Translations under genes and position numbers: made by a program
Shown: positions 47,950 to 57,409 of the stretch, piece by piece
How the letters are laid out: the number at the start of each line of letters is the position of its first letter
Position numbering within the stretch: the stretch's first letter is position 1
Notes under the pieces: generated by a model
The model's input: only the letters and a program-made list of their open reading frames with translations
Database searches by the model: none
What the model was told of the DNA's origin: nothing
Origin: Candidatus Dojkabacteria bacterium
GTDB lineage: Bacteria > Patescibacteriota > Dojkabacteria > SC72
NCBI GenBank assembly: GCA_050950145.1
Contig: JBMNHB010000001.1
Location: 492,820-556,819, forward strand
Length of the DNA: 64,000 nt
Reading direction: 5' to 3'

Positions 47950-48924
47950 TTAGTTAAATCCTTGTTTTAAACCTCTTAGAAAATTCTTATAATCTTCTTC
48001 AACATTACCTGTAGGATTGGTTTCAACAACTAAACCAGGAATCTTTTGTCTCCTTATCATTCTTACATTAAGCCATTCACCTAATCTTTTGTTAGATTCT
48101 ACATCATCACCTAAAGGAAGATGTGTTCTTACTGTACCTTCTGTATTATCTTTACCACTCAATGAAAGATATATTGGAAAGTTATCTCTATCCATACTAT
48201 CCATAATATTGAAAACATGACCATACTCTTCCTTAGGTAAACCACCCATATCTAAATCAATACCAAACCTTAAATCTCTATTTTGATAATCATTCTTAAT
48301 ATTTTCATAGATATTCATAAAATTAGTAAATGTACCATCTCCAATCTTTTTGTTTGGTTCAATAACCCAAGTAATACTCTTACCACCATCTTTTAATATT
48401 CTGTTAATCTCCCTTATCTTTCTAATTTCGTCTTCAATACTTACAGTCTCAATACATGTTCTAATCTTTACAATATTATCCATTACATTTGCTACTCTAA
48501 GGGTACTATCTATCTGTTCCTCATCTGAATGAGATTGTAGAAGACCATATGCATACTCCTGTGCTACAGCTATACCTAATCCTAAACCAGTATATCCTTC
48601 TTCTTTACCTTTCTTTACTTTTTCTTTAAGAAAATCTGTATTTAATTTTACTAAGTAAGGATAATCAATAGAGGATATATATCCTTTCATCTTTTCAGGA
48701 TTAACTACAGATGCTAATACAGAAATACCTAAATTAACATTAGGAAATATCTTCTCTGTTACTGCTTGTGCTTCTAAGGCATTAGATATTACAGTATCTG
48801 TGTATCTATCCTTTGAAAAGACTGCTTGTCCAAAACCCTCTACAGCTCCAAATTTACCACCTGATTCTCTTGTATTACCAAGTGTAGTACTACTTATTTC
48901 AACATTTAATTCTTTACCTTCCAT
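47950..48924 (-). CDS. Hypothetical protein, possibly xylose-isomerase-like TIM-barrel (sugar phosphate isomerase/epimerase-like)
   Basis: Weak motif resemblance: ITWVIEPN, GIDLDMGG, and FPIYLSLSGKD...VRTHLPLGDD resemble the lvlEn / clDtgH / HlkD...HlplGeG pattern. Confidence 0.3.
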   Translation of the reverse strand: MEGKELNVEISSTTLGNTRESGGKFGAVEGFGQAVFSKDRYTDTVISNALEAQAVTEKIFPNVNLGISVLASVVNPEKMKGYISSIDYPYLVKLNTDFLKEKVKKGKEEGYTGLGLGIAVAQEYAYGLLQSHSDEEQIDSTLRVANVMDNIVKIRTCIETVSIEDEIRKIREINRILKDGGKSITWVIEPNKKIGDGTFTNFMNIYENIKNDYQNRDLRFGIDLDMGGLPKEEYGHVFNIMDSMDRDNFPIYLSLSGKDNTEGTVRTHLPLGDDVESNKRLGEWLNVRMIRRQKIPGLVVETNPTGNVEEDYKNFLRGLKQGFN

Positions 48925-48925
48925 A

Positions 48926-48954
48926 TTGATATTATATCAGACCTATAGTATAAT
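48926..48954 (+). promoter_or_regulatory. Consensus sigma70-like promoter TTGATA-17-TATAAT (copy a of a tandem pair)
   Basis: -35 at 48926-48931 and -10 at 48949-48954. The shared unit TATTGATATT...ACCTATAGTATAATATA is repeated at 49014. Confidence 0.55.
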
Positions 48955-49016
48955 ATAAATGGTTAAAGAATCTGCTCTTTATAACATTATAAATCCTAAT
49001 CAAAGGAGAGTACCTA

Positions 49017-49045
49017 TTGATATTTTCTAATACCTATAGTATAAT
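49017..49045 (+). promoter_or_regulatory. Consensus sigma70-like promoter TTGATA-17-TATAAT (copy b)
   Basis: -35 at 49017-49022 and -10 at 49040-49045. Downstream hairpins AAGGTttttACCTT and GAGTTTTTatttTTAAAAACTC follow about 60-110 nt later. Confidence 0.55.
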
Positions 49046-49403
49046 ATATGTATCTAAAATAACCTGCTCATTAAATATATAGTTTTCAAATAAAGATTCA
49101 TAGAAAAGGTTTTTACCTTGTATGAGTTTTTATTTTTAAAAACTCGAAGATCTTTAAAAATTTCTAAGTATATACATATGATTTATATCAGTATGTATTT
49201 AGATAAAATAGTGTGTGATGAAATAGAGATAGAGTAGGGTGTTTGTTTTACTCCTTATATATCTGCATATTCTATTGGAATGCATAGTGTATCTAATTAT
49301 TAATATATTTATATTAAATATATTGGGTATAGTATGCATTCCGTTAGGATTGCAGAGCAGAGAGATACTCTAAGATACATATTTATTCCCTAAGGAGGAA
49401 GAA

Positions 49404-50096
49404 ATGAAAGACTTTTTGAAAAATGCATTTAGTATTTTAGGAGTAGTTTTACTCCTAGCATTAGTCTGTATATTGGTAATCCCAGGAGTTTACAAACTTG
49501 GGAAAACAACATTTGATTGGGCTTGGGGTCAACCTGTAGTTCAAGTTCAACAGCCTGATGTTGCATGTCCAAGCTGTCCTGTATGTCCTTCTTCTACAGA
49601 TACAGAAGAAAAATTTGACACTATGGCATGTATGGACAAAGTTATAAAACGAATTAAAGTCCGAAGGGAAAACATTAGGCAGGAAGAGCTTCAAACGCTT
49701 ATTCCGCAAGCAACTGCAATGTGTCAACAAGAAAACAATGGCCAACCTGGTATTAGTAATTTTATACCTGGTACAATTATCCCATATGGGACGATTACAT
49801 TTGATCTAGAGGATAGGGTATGGATTCTTGAGAATTTCAGGGTACCTTCAGTAGCAAATTATAACACCGCTTATATTATAAGTGGTGAGCATACTGTGTA
49901 TGACCCTGTCACAAAAGAAAGATACAATATCCAAACAGATATAAGTAATCCAGCCAATATTTTTTTGTCTCCTTTCTGGATGCAGACTGAGCTCGGTTGG
50001 TTGAAAGACTACAGCAGAGTTGACTTCAAAGTCTGTTACAACTTTAAAGGCGATTGCGCCTTACCTCAGTCATTAATTGACGAGATGACACCATAA
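49404..50096 (+). CDS. Hypothetical N-terminally anchored/secreted protein with Cys-rich CPSCPVCPS motif
   Basis: Strong RBS AAGGAGG. N-terminal TM/signal VVLLLALVCILVIPGVY. There are 10 Cys. The gene appears GC-richer than its flanks. Confidence 0.4.
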   Translation: MKDFLKNAFSILGVVLLLALVCILVIPGVYKLGKTTFDWAWGQPVVQVQQPDVACPSCPVCPSSTDTEEKFDTMACMDKVIKRIKVRRENIRQEELQTLIPQATAMCQQENNGQPGISNFIPGTIIPYGTITFDLEDRVWILENFRVPSVANYNTAYIISGEHTVYDPVTKERYNIQTDISNPANIFLSPFWMQTELGWLKDYSRVDFKVCYNFKGDCALPQSLIDEMTP

Positions 50097-50303
50097 TTTC
50101 TCTCTGCTCCCGGGTGGGGGATATCTTCTTTTTGCTTAATTGCAATAAGAACCCCCACCCACTCTCAAGAACCATCACACACTATAAATCTTCTAAGACT
50201 AAAATAAGTCTTACTGATGAGTCCATATATATAAATATTAAGGACGAAAAGATAAAATAAAGAAAAAATTGTTAAAAGAGAGGATGTATATCCTCTCTTT
50301 TTT

Positions 50304-51131
50304 TTACTTTAATACCTCCCTAGAAAATTCAAATACTTTCATAAAGAGAGTAGGGGGGAGAATACTAAGTATTCTAACTCCTACTTTTTGCATATACCAT
50401 ATTACATATTCCCTAAAGGTAGGCTTAATATTTAGATTCTGTATAGCCCACTTCCTCATATCATCTGTCAATTTAAAATGTTCAACCATCTTAGACTGAC
50501 TCTCTGTTTGAAAAGTCATTCTGTATTTAAGAACAGTATCTGGTAGATTAGCAAATTCACCCTTTGTACTTAGTATAAGAAAAAGTTTAACATCTTCTAC
50601 CTTCCACATATCTTCAGGATAAAGACCTATCTCTTCTAATGTAGATCTTCTTAATGTAACAGCTGGATGTGCAAAAGGTTGAAAAAGAAATCTATTTTTC
50701 TTTAGATCCTTGTCTTTTTGTGCATACTCCCTATGACCAATAATGTCCGAATTTTCATTAATGATATCTATCTGACCACCCACAGCTACACAGTTAGGAT
50801 GACTCTCTAGATACTCAACCTGTTTTAATATTCTATCTGGATACATAATATCGTCTGCATCCATCCTAGCTATATATTTACCTTTAGAAGCTCTAATACC
50901 AATGTTAATGACATTACCTAAACCATTCTGTTTCTCCACTGGAAGAACTATTATCTTCTCTCCATATTCTTTAAGTATCTCTAATGTACTATCTGTACTC
51001 TTATCATCAACAACTATGATCTCAATATTTTTATATGTCTGATTAATACAACTATCTATTGCTTCTTTAATATATCTCTCTCCATTATGTACTGGTATTA
51101 CAATGGAAACTAGTGGATTAGTAGAGTTCAT
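50304..51131 (-). CDS. Family 2 glycosyltransferase
   Basis: LVSIVIPVHNGERYIKEAIDSCINQTYKNIEIIVVDDKSTDST and DADD are classic GT2-A signatures. Confidence 0.7.
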   Translation of the reverse strand: MNSTNPLVSIVIPVHNGERYIKEAIDSCINQTYKNIEIIVVDDKSTDSTLEILKEYGEKIIVLPVEKQNGLGNVINIGIRASKGKYIARMDADDIMYPDRILKQVEYLESHPNCVAVGGQIDIINENSDIIGHREYAQKDKDLKKNRFLFQPFAHPAVTLRRSTLEEIGLYPEDMWKVEDVKLFLILSTKGEFANLPDTVLKYRMTFQTESQSKMVEHFKLTDDMRKWAIQNLNIKPTFREYVIWYMQKVGVRILSILPPTLFMKVFEFSREVLK

Positions 51132-54100
51132 ATTTTCTTTGTTTTCTAATTTTAATAATTAAATATACAAACAGAATAATAATTAACAAATATCCGAAGT
51201 AAGAGAGGAGATTAGGCCAATAGAGGATTATAATATTTTCATAATTCTCATCAGAAATATCCCATCCTTGTTTCCAACCGTTAATTATAACTTTAGAATC
51301 TTTAGTTAAAACTTTAGGAATACCATCTTTTATCTTACCTATTGCCAACCAACCAGAATTAGAAGATTGTGGAATACTAACCAAAGCATTTTCTAATTTA
51401 CCATCTGTATTATTTATATTTACTTTGTAGAAAGTAGAGTGGGGTGAATTAAAAACACTCTCTGCTTTTAATTCTTTATACACTTTGCTATACCCACTAC
51501 TATACACAACAGTATCCCATTCTTTTGGATATTTCATAACTACTAAATCTCTTAAAACATTCTCCGTTAAAAGTTTGTAACTTGTACTACCATACACAAG
51601 ATTCATATATTTAGATTCAGAATCACTTTCAAAGAATCTAATCTCTCTCTTTCTAATATCTGCACTAAACATCTCTTGAAACCAACACTTATTCTCTTTG
51701 TCATATATCAAACAAAGAGACGAAGGGATATTTGAAACATTCTCGCCATTCCAAAATAGCATATATTTAGAATTAGTATCCGTATTAAAAAGTTCCACAT
51801 TCTGATTAACAATCTGATCTTTTGCAACTTGTCTCATACCATCAGTAACTGATATTTCATATTTACTATCATTCCCTAAACTCTCCTTTATCGGCTGCCA
51901 AAGAAGATCTCTGTTTTGATCTGCATCATATACATACAAAGAAGTACCAAAAACCAAAGGAGTACGAATTAAATATTTCTGTCCACTATTTAGATATAGA
52001 TCTCTAGGAATATACTCTTTACTCTCTGAGAGTTTCTTTAAAGATGATATTAATGGAGAAAAAGATAATTCTACTTTCTTGAAACTAACCTCTGCAGAAG
52101 TATCCTTATTTGTATTGGTTGCATAGAGTATTAAAGATATTCTATCTGTTCCTGATACAACTGCTTGAACAAGTTGCTCATATTCTCCAAAATTATTCTT
52201 GTTATCAACAAACTTCTCTCTATTCAAACACCTTTTTTCTGTTTCTGAAAAGATACAATAACCAGGATAATTACCATTAGGTGCTTCCCAATTGAATTTA
52301 ATCTTAACAACATATTTATTACCATAGTTAAACTCATGCAATCTTGAATATATACATGGTAATTCACTAGAACCTCTCACTCTTATCCCTGATGCAATTT
52401 CTTCTTTTATCACATTTGTATTATTCACAATTGCATTACCAGAACAATCACTACCTAAAGATTGAAGAAACTTAGGAAGAAGATCAATCGTTTTAAATCC
52501 TTCAGACAAAGAAAATATCTCCTCAATATCTTTGTACTTCTGATCTACAATGACACCTTCTAATAGCTGTTTGTCTGTGTATACATCGCCTTGAATAATA
52601 TAGTAACCAAGCCTACTTGAATTAAAAACTTTAAAAGGAAGTATAGAATCATCGCCTTTAATATTGGGATAGCTTGGTGTCACAATTATTTGCCCATCTT
52701 TAAGAAAAACTTTTGTAGGAAGTTCACCTAGCTGTTCTTCTGTCAAAGAATTCTTGAAAAAAGCTCCCTGTCCTGTATGTGTGTAATCACCAACTAATTC
52801 ATTTTTATCTAATCTTAAATTATTAAGTTTCAAATTAGAAAGCTTTAACAAAGGAGAAACAGAATTAGGTCTTGTAAAGTAATTTCTATCTAAACTATTA
52901 TTCCCAATACTCTCTCTATACTCGTTATCAATATTATCATCAGTAACTTTATACAATTCCAAAATGTCCGAATTCCATACAACAGAATAATTACTTAAAA
53001 GACTAGAATTTCTCTTAGCATCTAAATCAAAAGAGTATCCTTCAAGATTTAAACTCTTATCAAAAAGTATATACTCAACATCATACTTCTTAAGAAGTAA
53101 ATTAAATTTCTCTTTATCTCCAGATCTATATACATTACTTAAATCAAGCATTGCTTGTTCACTAAGATTAGAACCAACGGCAGAAGAGAGATCCATTACC
53201 GGATTAGGAATTGCGTAAGATATGAACTGAGAACCCCAAAATCCCCAATTATATTTTCTAAAGTAGTTATTATTTGAAGGTGGAGCATAATATATCCTTC
53301 CAAAAGCTTTGTTCTTTTTAATATATTGATTTAATCTTGAATAATCCTCTGGATAATCTACTAGAGACCTACTAGAAAAAAGATCACCCCTAAAGATATA
53401 TTCTGAATACATTAATGGTAAGAGAAGAAAGAAAAAGAACAAAATGATTTTAAAAATCTTTCTAGGTCTACCTTTTTTAAAGAAAGAAGAAAGAAAAGAA
53501 ACTAGATATATCAAACCAAATGTTGAGAGGACTGTAATTGAAACTAAATATATCTGTCCCAATTTTGAAAAAGGCCAACGAAGTACCTGCTTAAATAGTG
53601 GTATATTCTCTTGGAACCAGATGAATAAAGATTCAAAAGGTGGATTAATAACTTTAATGAGAAACCAAGAACACAAAGCTAATACTCCCCAGAAAAAGAG
53701 TTTTTTGTGTTTCTTAAATATTGCAAAAACTATTGCTAAAACAGAAAGAAATGCAGGAAGAAAACCAATTACTTTATAAAAGTCATATGTCTGGAATTCA
53801 AATCCCATTGGAAATATATATTTGTCACCATCCATTTCAAAAACATTTCTGTTATAAAATCTGGCTGCATTCATAGGTGTTTCCATATCAGATTCAAGAT
53901 CTATCGTACTTCCTGTTATTGTTTTATTAACATACGAATCTAAAACCTCTTGACTATTTGTTACAGTGTAGTGAATGAATGGTAAAATCCAAAATAACTG
54001 AGAGATCAGAAATACTCCTAAAACTTTCGCTATTCTACTAATTACTCCCCAGAAGGTTCTCTTTAAACTAAAACCTATCATTAAGAGGAATAGACCTAAG

Positions 54101-54795
54101 AAAATACTGTCTATGATAAAAAGAGTGGCAATAACTGAAATAGAGTTAAAGAATATAGATACAAGAAACACAATTAAAATATTTTCCCATGATGGGTTTT
54201 TCATACATTTATACATTGTCAAAAGCAGAAGTGTGAAGAAGGCAAAATTTGAAATATATGGTGCCATTACTTGGTAGAACAACCACACAGTCCACAGAGT
54301 AGTCATATATGTAATACCTGAAAAGAGGTAAGCTATTTGGTAATACTTTCGTATCTTAGAATCTCTCACTATGGAGGAAACAAAGGCTGCCATAGAGATT
54401 GTCCCGACAACTAGACAGAGGAGATAATAAAACTGTCCAGCTCCAGCAGTACTTGTAAATGGTCTGGTTATGAAGAAGAATATAGACCTAAAAAGATCTG
54501 CTTGTTCACTATCTGAAGGAACACCTAATACTCTATATCCCCTCCATGCTGGAGATTCAATATATCTAGATATTGATAAGTTAGGATTTAGCTCTGGAGA
54601 ATAATTATCATTAGAAAGTAGGAACTTTCCACTCCTGAAAGATACTATACACACCACTAACAAAAGTAATACTAGAAGTATCTGACCGTATCTTTGTTTA
54701 AATATATACCAAAGTTTTTTAAACATATTTAACATAGTTAAATATATCAGATTAATACACTTTTCTAAATAGGAAAGAAACTTGACAAGAATCAT
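51118..54795 (-). CDS. Very large (1225 aa) polytopic membrane protein with about 14 N-terminal TM helices and large extracytoplasmic C-terminal region (putative GT-C/YfhO-like glycosyltransferase)
   Basis: Hydrophobicity pattern. Its start overlaps the GT2 gene by 14 nt, suggesting an operon. Confidence 0.45.
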   Translation of the reverse strand: MILVKFLSYLEKCINLIYLTMLNMFKKLWYIFKQRYGQILLVLLLLVVCIVSFRSGKFLLSNDNYSPELNPNLSISRYIESPAWRGYRVLGVPSDSEQADLFRSIFFFITRPFTSTAGAGQFYYLLCLVVGTISMAAFVSSIVRDSKIRKYYQIAYLFSGITYMTTLWTVWLFYQVMAPYISNFAFFTLLLLTMYKCMKNPSWENILIVFLVSIFFNSISVIATLFIIDSIFLGLFLLMIGFSLKRTFWGVISRIAKVLGVFLISQLFWILPFIHYTVTNSQEVLDSYVNKTITGSTIDLESDMETPMNAARFYNRNVFEMDGDKYIFPMGFEFQTYDFYKVIGFLPAFLSVLAIVFAIFKKHKKLFFWGVLALCSWFLIKVINPPFESLFIWFQENIPLFKQVLRWPFSKLGQIYLVSITVLSTFGLIYLVSFLSSFFKKGRPRKIFKIILFFFFLLLPLMYSEYIFRGDLFSSRSLVDYPEDYSRLNQYIKKNKAFGRIYYAPPSNNNYFRKYNWGFWGSQFISYAIPNPVMDLSSAVGSNLSEQAMLDLSNVYRSGDKEKFNLLLKKYDVEYILFDKSLNLEGYSFDLDAKRNSSLLSNYSVVWNSDILELYKVTDDNIDNEYRESIGNNSLDRNYFTRPNSVSPLLKLSNLKLNNLRLDKNELVGDYTHTGQGAFFKNSLTEEQLGELPTKVFLKDGQIIVTPSYPNIKGDDSILPFKVFNSSRLGYYIIQGDVYTDKQLLEGVIVDQKYKDIEEIFSLSEGFKTIDLLPKFLQSLGSDCSGNAIVNNTNVIKEEIASGIRVRGSSELPCIYSRLHEFNYGNKYVVKIKFNWEAPNGNYPGYCIFSETEKRCLNREKFVDNKNNFGEYEQLVQAVVSGTDRISLILYATNTNKDTSAEVSFKKVELSFSPLISSLKKLSESKEYIPRDLYLNSGQKYLIRTPLVFGTSLYVYDADQNRDLLWQPIKESLGNDSKYEISVTDGMRQVAKDQIVNQNVELFNTDTNSKYMLFWNGENVSNIPSSLCLIYDKENKCWFQEMFSADIRKREIRFFESDSESKYMNLVYGSTSYKLLTENVLRDLVVMKYPKEWDTVVYSSGYSKVYKELKAESVFNSPHSTFYKVNINNTDGKLENALVSIPQSSNSGWLAIGKIKDGIPKVLTKDSKVIINGWKQGWDISDENYENIIILYWPNLLSYFGYLLIIILFVYLIIKIRKQRKYELY

Positions 54796-54877
54796 TAAAA
54801 CAAGTAATTTATATACAATAATCTGCCTTTGTTGTCTTTGCAGATGTATATAAAATATTTGTTTTCATTAAATAAAT

Positions 54878-56899
54878 ATGGGAAGTCAAGATGAAACCAG
54901 AGATCCAATATTCATAGATGGGAAATTTACAGATGTTAGTGATACAGGAGGATACAAAGATGAAGCAATGGCAGCAGCCTTTCAAAGAGCGGGAATATTA
55001 CCTGAATCTTTTGAAAAAAAAGACAATAGTACAACGCCTGAAACACCTACTATAAATGAAGAAGGAGAAGAAAGAAAGACAGAAATAACAACTGAATATT
55101 TAGACACTACTGCAACAAAACCAGCTGAAAACAAACAGTTACCTGATTATTACATAAAAGCCCTACAAGAAGCACAGAGAAAGAGTCAGGGACGTGTAGA
55201 CGCACGAAAAAAAGAAAGAGAAGTTATTAATACAAATATTCCTAAACCAAGTACTCCTCAACAAAATATAGAAGCTAAGAAAGAAGAGGATATGACATTA
55301 AAAGATAAAATAAAAAATCTAGAAAAAAGGAATAAAGATCTAGAAGAAAAGATTAAGAAGATGAATAAGTTACTTAATCATAAAAAAGTTAGAGAATCTG
55401 TAAAGATTGTTGAGGAAGAACAAAGACATCAACAAGAATTAGACCGAAATAAAGAACGAAATAAAAACTGGAGACCATACTCAGCTTCTGATGGAATATT
55501 AAGGATGGAAGAAGATGCAAAGAAAGCAATAAAGGAGAACGAAGAGTTTAAAAGAAGATTTACATATATAGATAAAGAAGGACAAGAAGTAGAGATTCCT
55601 CTTCCAATAAGAGAAGAGATGAAATTAATACTAAACGAAAAAAATCAGGTTTTTAATCCTGAGATTGCTCACAAATATGCTATTATGGAAAATGAATTGT
55701 ATAACAGAAAAATACAAGAAAGGATAGATTCTCTTAGACAAGAGAATAGGAGTGAGGAGTATATTAATAGTTATATTGATACAGCAAAAAAGGAAATAAA
55801 GATAGGTATACAACAATATGTAAAAGGGACAGTAACAAGAGATTTTCGTGATAGAGTTATTAAAAGAATTCTAGAAGAACCTGAGAAATACAAAGATTAC
55901 ATTGATTCAACAACAGGAAAAGTAATTAAATCTATAGATGATGAAAATATAATTGGCTATATATTAGGACAGAAGGTTTATCCAAGATGGATGAAAGGAG
56001 AAATAGAAGCAATTGAAAAGACAGACATTGTAAGAGAGGAAAAACCTAAGAACCTTAAAAAATGGGCAATAATTGCAGGAGCAGTCGGATTCGGTACAGC
56101 AGTTTTAGGTGGAGCTACTGTTGGAGGATATGCAGTTCTAGGTGGAGCAATTGTAAGTGGCACAGCTGCGTTAGCAAAATTTATTGGGAAGAAAAGAATT
56201 GAAAGCCTTACAACACAAATGAAAAAAGCAAGTGGGGAAGATAAAGCAATAATAGAAAAAAAGTTAAAAACGTGGAATAAAATTCGTAATATCGCTGAGA
56301 GTACAATGAAGATTGCTGGAGGGTTTACTACTGGTGCTGGAATAGGAAATGCTATTAGTAACATCTTCTTTGGAGGAGAAGGTCTCATAAATGTTCTACA
56401 GAGAGGAAAAGAGGTGGCACAAGTAACTCAAGCTGGATCAGCAACTAATTTAAAAAGTACAACACGAACACCTTCTTTTGAAGGAGTAACTACACAAAGC
56501 CCCGTTGAAAACATCGCAACACAAGCAACTATAGAAAATACTAATGGTATACTAGTTCAAAATGGTAGAGTTAACTTACCTAATTCACCATGGCATACAA
56601 ATCTCGGTGGAAAACATATTGCAAACTGGCCAGGAGGAGCTCTAAACCATAGTAACTATACTGGAGGGATGCATGAACAAGCTGCACATATGGTAGAAGA
56701 AGCCCTAAAAGCTAATAGTATAACAAGAGATGCCCTGTTAAACAACCTTGGCCCATCAGGAACTACTGAACTATTAAATAATTTCCTAAGACAAATTCAA
56801 CAGGGAATAGGAAAACCTAGCTTAACAAATGCACTACGTTCATTATCATCAGCTCAAATAGAGGGTGCTGATGCTCTTTTAAATATGGTTAAACCATAA
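54878..56899 (+). CDS. Hypothetical coiled-coil protein with glycine-zipper TM segments and distinct C-terminal domain
   Basis: Lys/Glu-rich heptad-like region about aa 100-380. WAIIAGAVGFGTAVLGGATVGGYAVLGGAIVSGTAAL. C-terminal NLPNSPWHTNLGGKHIANWPGG...GMHEQAAHM. Confidence 0.4.
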   Translation: MGSQDETRDPIFIDGKFTDVSDTGGYKDEAMAAAFQRAGILPESFEKKDNSTTPETPTINEEGEERKTEITTEYLDTTATKPAENKQLPDYYIKALQEAQRKSQGRVDARKKEREVINTNIPKPSTPQQNIEAKKEEDMTLKDKIKNLEKRNKDLEEKIKKMNKLLNHKKVRESVKIVEEEQRHQQELDRNKERNKNWRPYSASDGILRMEEDAKKAIKENEEFKRRFTYIDKEGQEVEIPLPIREEMKLILNEKNQVFNPEIAHKYAIMENELYNRKIQERIDSLRQENRSEEYINSYIDTAKKEIKIGIQQYVKGTVTRDFRDRVIKRILEEPEKYKDYIDSTTGKVIKSIDDENIIGYILGQKVYPRWMKGEIEAIEKTDIVREEKPKNLKKWAIIAGAVGFGTAVLGGATVGGYAVLGGAIVSGTAALAKFIGKKRIESLTTQMKKASGEDKAIIEKKLKTWNKIRNIAESTMKIAGGFTTGAGIGNAISNIFFGGEGLINVLQRGKEVAQVTQAGSATNLKSTTRTPSFEGVTTQSPVENIATQATIENTNGILVQNGRVNLPNSPWHTNLGGKHIANWPGGALNHSNYTGGMHEQAAHMVEEALKANSITRDALLNNLGPSGTTELLNNFLRQIQQGIGKPSLTNALRSLSSAQIEGADALLNMVKP

Positions 56900-56923
56900 A
56901 TAAATTAAATAAATATAAATAAA

Positions 56924-57409
56924 ATGGATTTCACACAACAAATAGAAAATATTAAGCAACAGCTTCTCTCTCTTGGCTTTACAGAGGAAAAATATAATGA
57001 ATTATTAAACCTTGCAGCAGAAGAAATGATGGACAATGCTCTGGAGACTTTACAAGAAAAAGATTTAGAAGAATTACAGAATCTTGAAAGCCAACTCATC
57101 CCAGAAGTATCAACACCAGAAGAAGCAAATAAAAATATTGCTCTGATTTTTACCGCTGCATATGGTGATAAAGCTGAAGAAATGAGACAGAAAATGTTAC
57201 TTGATTATCTAAATATAACAGTTGAACAAACAAAATCCACAAAAGACCTACTAGAAAGATATAATGCTGGAGATCCAACAGCTATCGCAGCAGTTGAAGC
57301 ACAAAAGGATAACCCTGATGTACAAGAATTTGTAAAGTATATGGAAGAAAACAATGCTACTTCAACGGATGATGCTCTTTCACCGTTTCCTCAGCAAACT
57401 TCTCACTAG
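56924..57409 (+). CDS. Hypothetical acidic protein
   Basis: ORF with predicted pI below 5. Its 3' end overlaps the convergent recombinase gene by about 53 nt. Confidence 0.35.
   Translation: MDFTQQIENIKQQLLSLGFTEEKYNELLNLAAEEMMDNALETLQEKDLEELQNLESQLIPEVSTPEEANKNIALIFTAAYGDKAEEMRQKMLLDYLNITVEQTKSTKDLLERYNAGDPTAIAAVEAQKDNPDVQEFVKYMEENNATSTDDALSPFPQQTSH

Noticed and set aside
55978-56388. Minus-strand 136-aa ORF inside the coiled-coil protein gene
   Set aside because: It is antisense to a Gly/Ala-rich coding region (GC-rich codons give an open antisense frame).
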